64,000 nt of DNA from a virus. Its lineage: Duplodnaviria; Caudoviricetes. Each line of letters begins with the position of its first letter. Positions within the stretch are counted from its first letter, which is position 1. The stretch spans positions 192,001-256,000 of IMG/VR virus record IMGVR_UViG_2595698293_000001. The stretch is one strand, 5' to 3'. This document shows positions 60,653 to 64,000 of the stretch, piece after piece. The notes beneath the pieces are model-generated. The model searched no databases, was not told where the DNA came from, and saw only the letters and a list, made by a program, of their open reading frames with translations. The position numbers and the translations under genes are program-made.

Positions 60653-62685
60653 GTGTTAAAAATTCACTGTCGTAACGGTATATTTTTTTGTAACACTACA
60701 ATACATAACGGAAAGTTGATTTATCATAAAAGTGAGGATTCTTTTTATTATACCACCCATGTGAATTCTAAAAAAATGCACAAAATTATTGATTATTCAG
60801 GATTACAAGAGGATGAACTTTTCCAGATGCATTTAGTATATGATAAAGTACTTAATTTGGATTTTTACACTTTAACATATATTCAGACCAAAATGCGAGA
60901 ATTATCAAAAATTTATACTGCTGATTTTAAGATTATAACACCTGAAATATAAGATGAATAAAAATATAAGAACCAATAATATTATGTGGTGCACTGTATA
61001 TAAACTGATTTATACTACTTATGCTCTTATACGATTGGTTAGCAAAAATAATACAAAAATCGATGTTTATTTCTATAATGACGGTACCAAAGAACACTAC
61101 TTAACAGAGGGTAATGATATATATGAAATTCATGATTTATGCTCTTTGAGCACAGAAGAACATTTCCAATTACTCACAGTATGGGATTATAAAACAGATA
61201 TTGATTTTGTTATTTCTGCACATAAACGCATAGAGGAACTTAAAAAGGATGAGTTTTTCAATCGTGTCGATACAGTGATTGAATATTAAAAGAGCGTACA
61301 AAAAAATGATTTATGATAAAAATGTTGAGTATATAACCCAGTTCATAGTACTATCATACACCAGATATGGCAGTTCTGGTTCCAGGTATATTGATAGTAT
61401 ACTTAAACAACATATTGAGTTTAATGTTATCAATAACAAGAAAGGTTAATATAGAAATGGGTTTTGATACAAGAGAAGGTGCACTCTTTTATGCAAATCA
61501 AATATGTAATTTAGTTTTGTATTACAAAAGTAATGAAAATTTATTAGATGAATATAAATGTTTGTATTCTAAAGTCGATGATGTATTAAGAATTTCTTTA
61601 GAAATAGAACACAAAAACCCATTCCCTGAATCAATTATTGATTTTCAAGAAAAATATATTAATTATATTCCAGGTAAAGAATGTGAATTAATTCTTTCCG
61701 ATGTATTTGGCCATAGTATCAAAATCGATCCCAGTGTTCTAAATGAAGAATTGAATACCAGTACAGAAGAAGGTTATTTCCAGAAGAGTACTATATACAA
61801 TTCTGATGAATTGTTCTGCATTATTCTTTTTGAAAATATAGTGCGTAAAATTCCTTTTCAATTCTACATTGATTTAGAAACAATTAATTACCTAATAAAA
61901 GAGAAAAATTATGAGATATAAAATATACAAAAGCGACCTCCTTGTTGTAGCTGAATACATTTGTGATGATATGTTCAATATGTTCAAAAATGAACATGAT
62001 TTTATTTTAAATTTAAGTACTAAAAAATTTAAGTTGAACTATTATGGTTCATATGAATTATCTGAACACTATTCAATTGATTTAAATGATTGTACTCAGA
62101 TGCAGGACGATGAATTGTTTCAATACTCTTTAATTTTTTATTTTAATTTATTAAGTTTAAAGGATATTGTATCGCTTCAAAAAGAAATGCTTACTATACA
62201 AGATGATACATATGGCACTAAAGAAATTAATTTTATTGACTTTTGAATGTATACGTGATAATATACGTGATAATATATGTGGTATGGGTGATACAAAACC
62301 ATAAAAAGAGGAATATATAGTGCAGACAAATCAAGAAATACAAATAAAATTAAAAATTAATAATTATTATAATAATACAGTTAGTGCTTCATATAATGAA
62401 GAAGTTTTGTACGAAATAAATTATTCCATGAATGATTCCATTTTTACATTTCGTGAGTACAATGGTATCACTTTAATAAGATCTTATATAATTCCAGTTA
62501 TTGATTATACCGAAATGCAAGATGATGAATTGTTTCAGTACTCTTTAATATACGATCTGGAACATGTTATTCCCTTTGACTCTATGGTTGAATTGCAGGG
62601 TATTATGAAATCACGTACACAACTACAAGGTGAGATTGAATACACATTTATCACAATGAATAAGAAGAATTATTATGTACAATGA
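60653..62685 (+). other. run of five acidic-FQ motif family CDSs (60653, 60954, 61457, 61911, 62320)
   Basis: QEDELFQMHLVYD, STEEHFQLLTVWD, TEEGYFQKSTIYN, QDDELFQYSLIF, QDDELFQYSLIYD. Confidence 0.8.
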
Positions 62686-63584
62686 ATGTATTAAATCTCA
62701 CATAGAAAAAATAACTCTAATGTCTCCTGAGTATTTTACTTTACGAAATGCAAAAATTTATCGTAAAATACAAAAAGATGTTGTTAATTATTATCTTTCA
62801 TTGTACTGCAATGGAACTAAATCAAATTATATCATAATAGATATAAGGTCTATAATTGATGGTACATTTAGTATCCAGTACAGAGTGTACCAAAGGAGTT
62901 ACAATCATGACTAGAGATGAATATTTTGTATTGCAATGCATCAATTCATTTTACTACGATATTACGATTAATTACAAATACAGGGAAGTATTATTCGAGT
63001 ATATTTGTGAAGCAGAAGAGTACTACAACAAAAAAATAAAAGGTGCACCATGCACAATAAAAAACATAAATGAAGATGCTATACTGGAGAATATACACTG
63101 TATTGGATTTAAACATATATTATTCACTGTATATATGTTTAATCTAAAGAATTCAACAATAACTCGATACGAGAATATAGAATTTTGAAAACAACAAAAA
63201 ATATATCAAAACAACAAAGTACTGATCTCATGTTTAAAGCTTATTTACAAGTGGAATTGGAAAGTAGTACTTCTCCAGAGTGGTCGAGTTATCGTTTATC
63301 TGAATTGTTCATGTTGTATCATTTGGGTACTACTAGTCAGGATGAAATGTCGGAGTTCTACATTTATGCACTTATTCATAAAATGAATTATGTACACAAT
63401 GGTAAGTAAATGAAAACATTAACAATTCCTCAGTGGTCTAATTTGTATGATTATTATCATGAAAAATACAAAACCAATTGCAAATCCAGTAAAGACGTGA
63501 TAAGATGTATTGAAGTGACATTGATTGCTTCACTTGGTACAGATAAACAAACATATTGTGTAGAGCAATATGTTGCAATGTTAA

Positions 63585-64000
63585 TTGATTACACAAAGGA
63601 GTTTCAACATTAGTACAAATTTATCTAGTGCAGAGTTAGATTTTTTAGTTCGAAAATGTGATCCTTATGTCCAAAAATTACTAAAGAAATGTAAAACATA
63701 TTCATACACAAATGTTAAATTACAGTTTGAATTTACTACAATAAAAATTTATTCCTGTGTGTTAATTGATTCTGATATTATACCAAAAAGAAGTTCATGT
63801 GAAATTCCTTTGGAAATCTTTTATAAGAAACATTATAAATTATTAAAGAAGTTGAATTATATTCAGTACTACAGTAATGCACATTTATATACTGAATTGC
63901 AATGTATGTATAATCAGTACCTTGAAAGCATGGGGGTATCTATTGATGATTTTGATGGATATCCTTTAAGTACTGAACAGATTAATTTATACAAATTTGT
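63585..64000 (+). CDS. partial hypothetical CDS running off the window end
   Basis: open frame from TTG 63585 to the end; start uncertain. Confidence 0.55.
   Translation, partial: MITQRSFNISTNLSSAELDFLVRKCDPYVQKLLKKCKTYSYTNVKLQFEFTTIKIYSCVLIDSDIIPKRSSCEIPLEIFYKKHYKLLKKLNYIQYYSNAHLYTELQCMYNQYLESMGVSIDDFDGYPLSTEQINLYKF

Noticed and set aside
62251-62278. ATACGTGATAAT 12-bp tandem duplication (also the 9-bp repeat at about 29446 and the 30-bp repeat at about 3864)
   Set aside because: Isolated slippage-type duplications with no wider pattern
1-64000. Stop-codon reassignment
   Set aside because: Recognisable genes (denV, ClpP-like, ATPase, nuclease) are full length under the standard code and coding density is high

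Overview
AT-rich, gene-dense segment of a large lytic enterobacterial phage. The gene style, denV, ClpP-like, DUF1190 and YbiI-like genes and sigma70 promoters suggest a Rak2/GAP32/CBB/121Q-type jumbo myophage; this is inference, since no capsid or terminase marker is in the window. Essentially all real CDSs are on the + strand. There are three zones. (1) 1-32.6 kb is an accessory region of small hypothetical and paralogous genes, punctuated by fused terminator/promoter stem-loop cassettes. It carries denV, a NucA-type nuclease, a zinc-ribbon homing endonuclease, an AAA ATPase, a ClpP-like protease, a DUF1190 lipoprotein, YbiI, and a cluster of promoter-driven tRNA-shaped but non-canonical RNAs at 2.6-3.8 kb. 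(2) About 32.6-52.8 kb is an island bounded by long non-coding stretches, possibly the long terminal repeat or first-expressed region. Nearly every small gene has its own AGTACT-containing sigma70 promoter. The island also holds Fur-box arrays, CpxR-type boxes, 13 promoter-driven non-coding CCC-n-GGGTG hairpin units, gyrase-site-like periodic tracts, and H-NS-like, kinase-like and ART-like genes. (3) 53-64 kb holds arrays of paralogous hypothetical genes, many sharing an acidic-FQ-x-S/L motif. The palindrome AGTACT is strongly over-represented throughout. All calls were made by eye; no database searches or folding programs were run.
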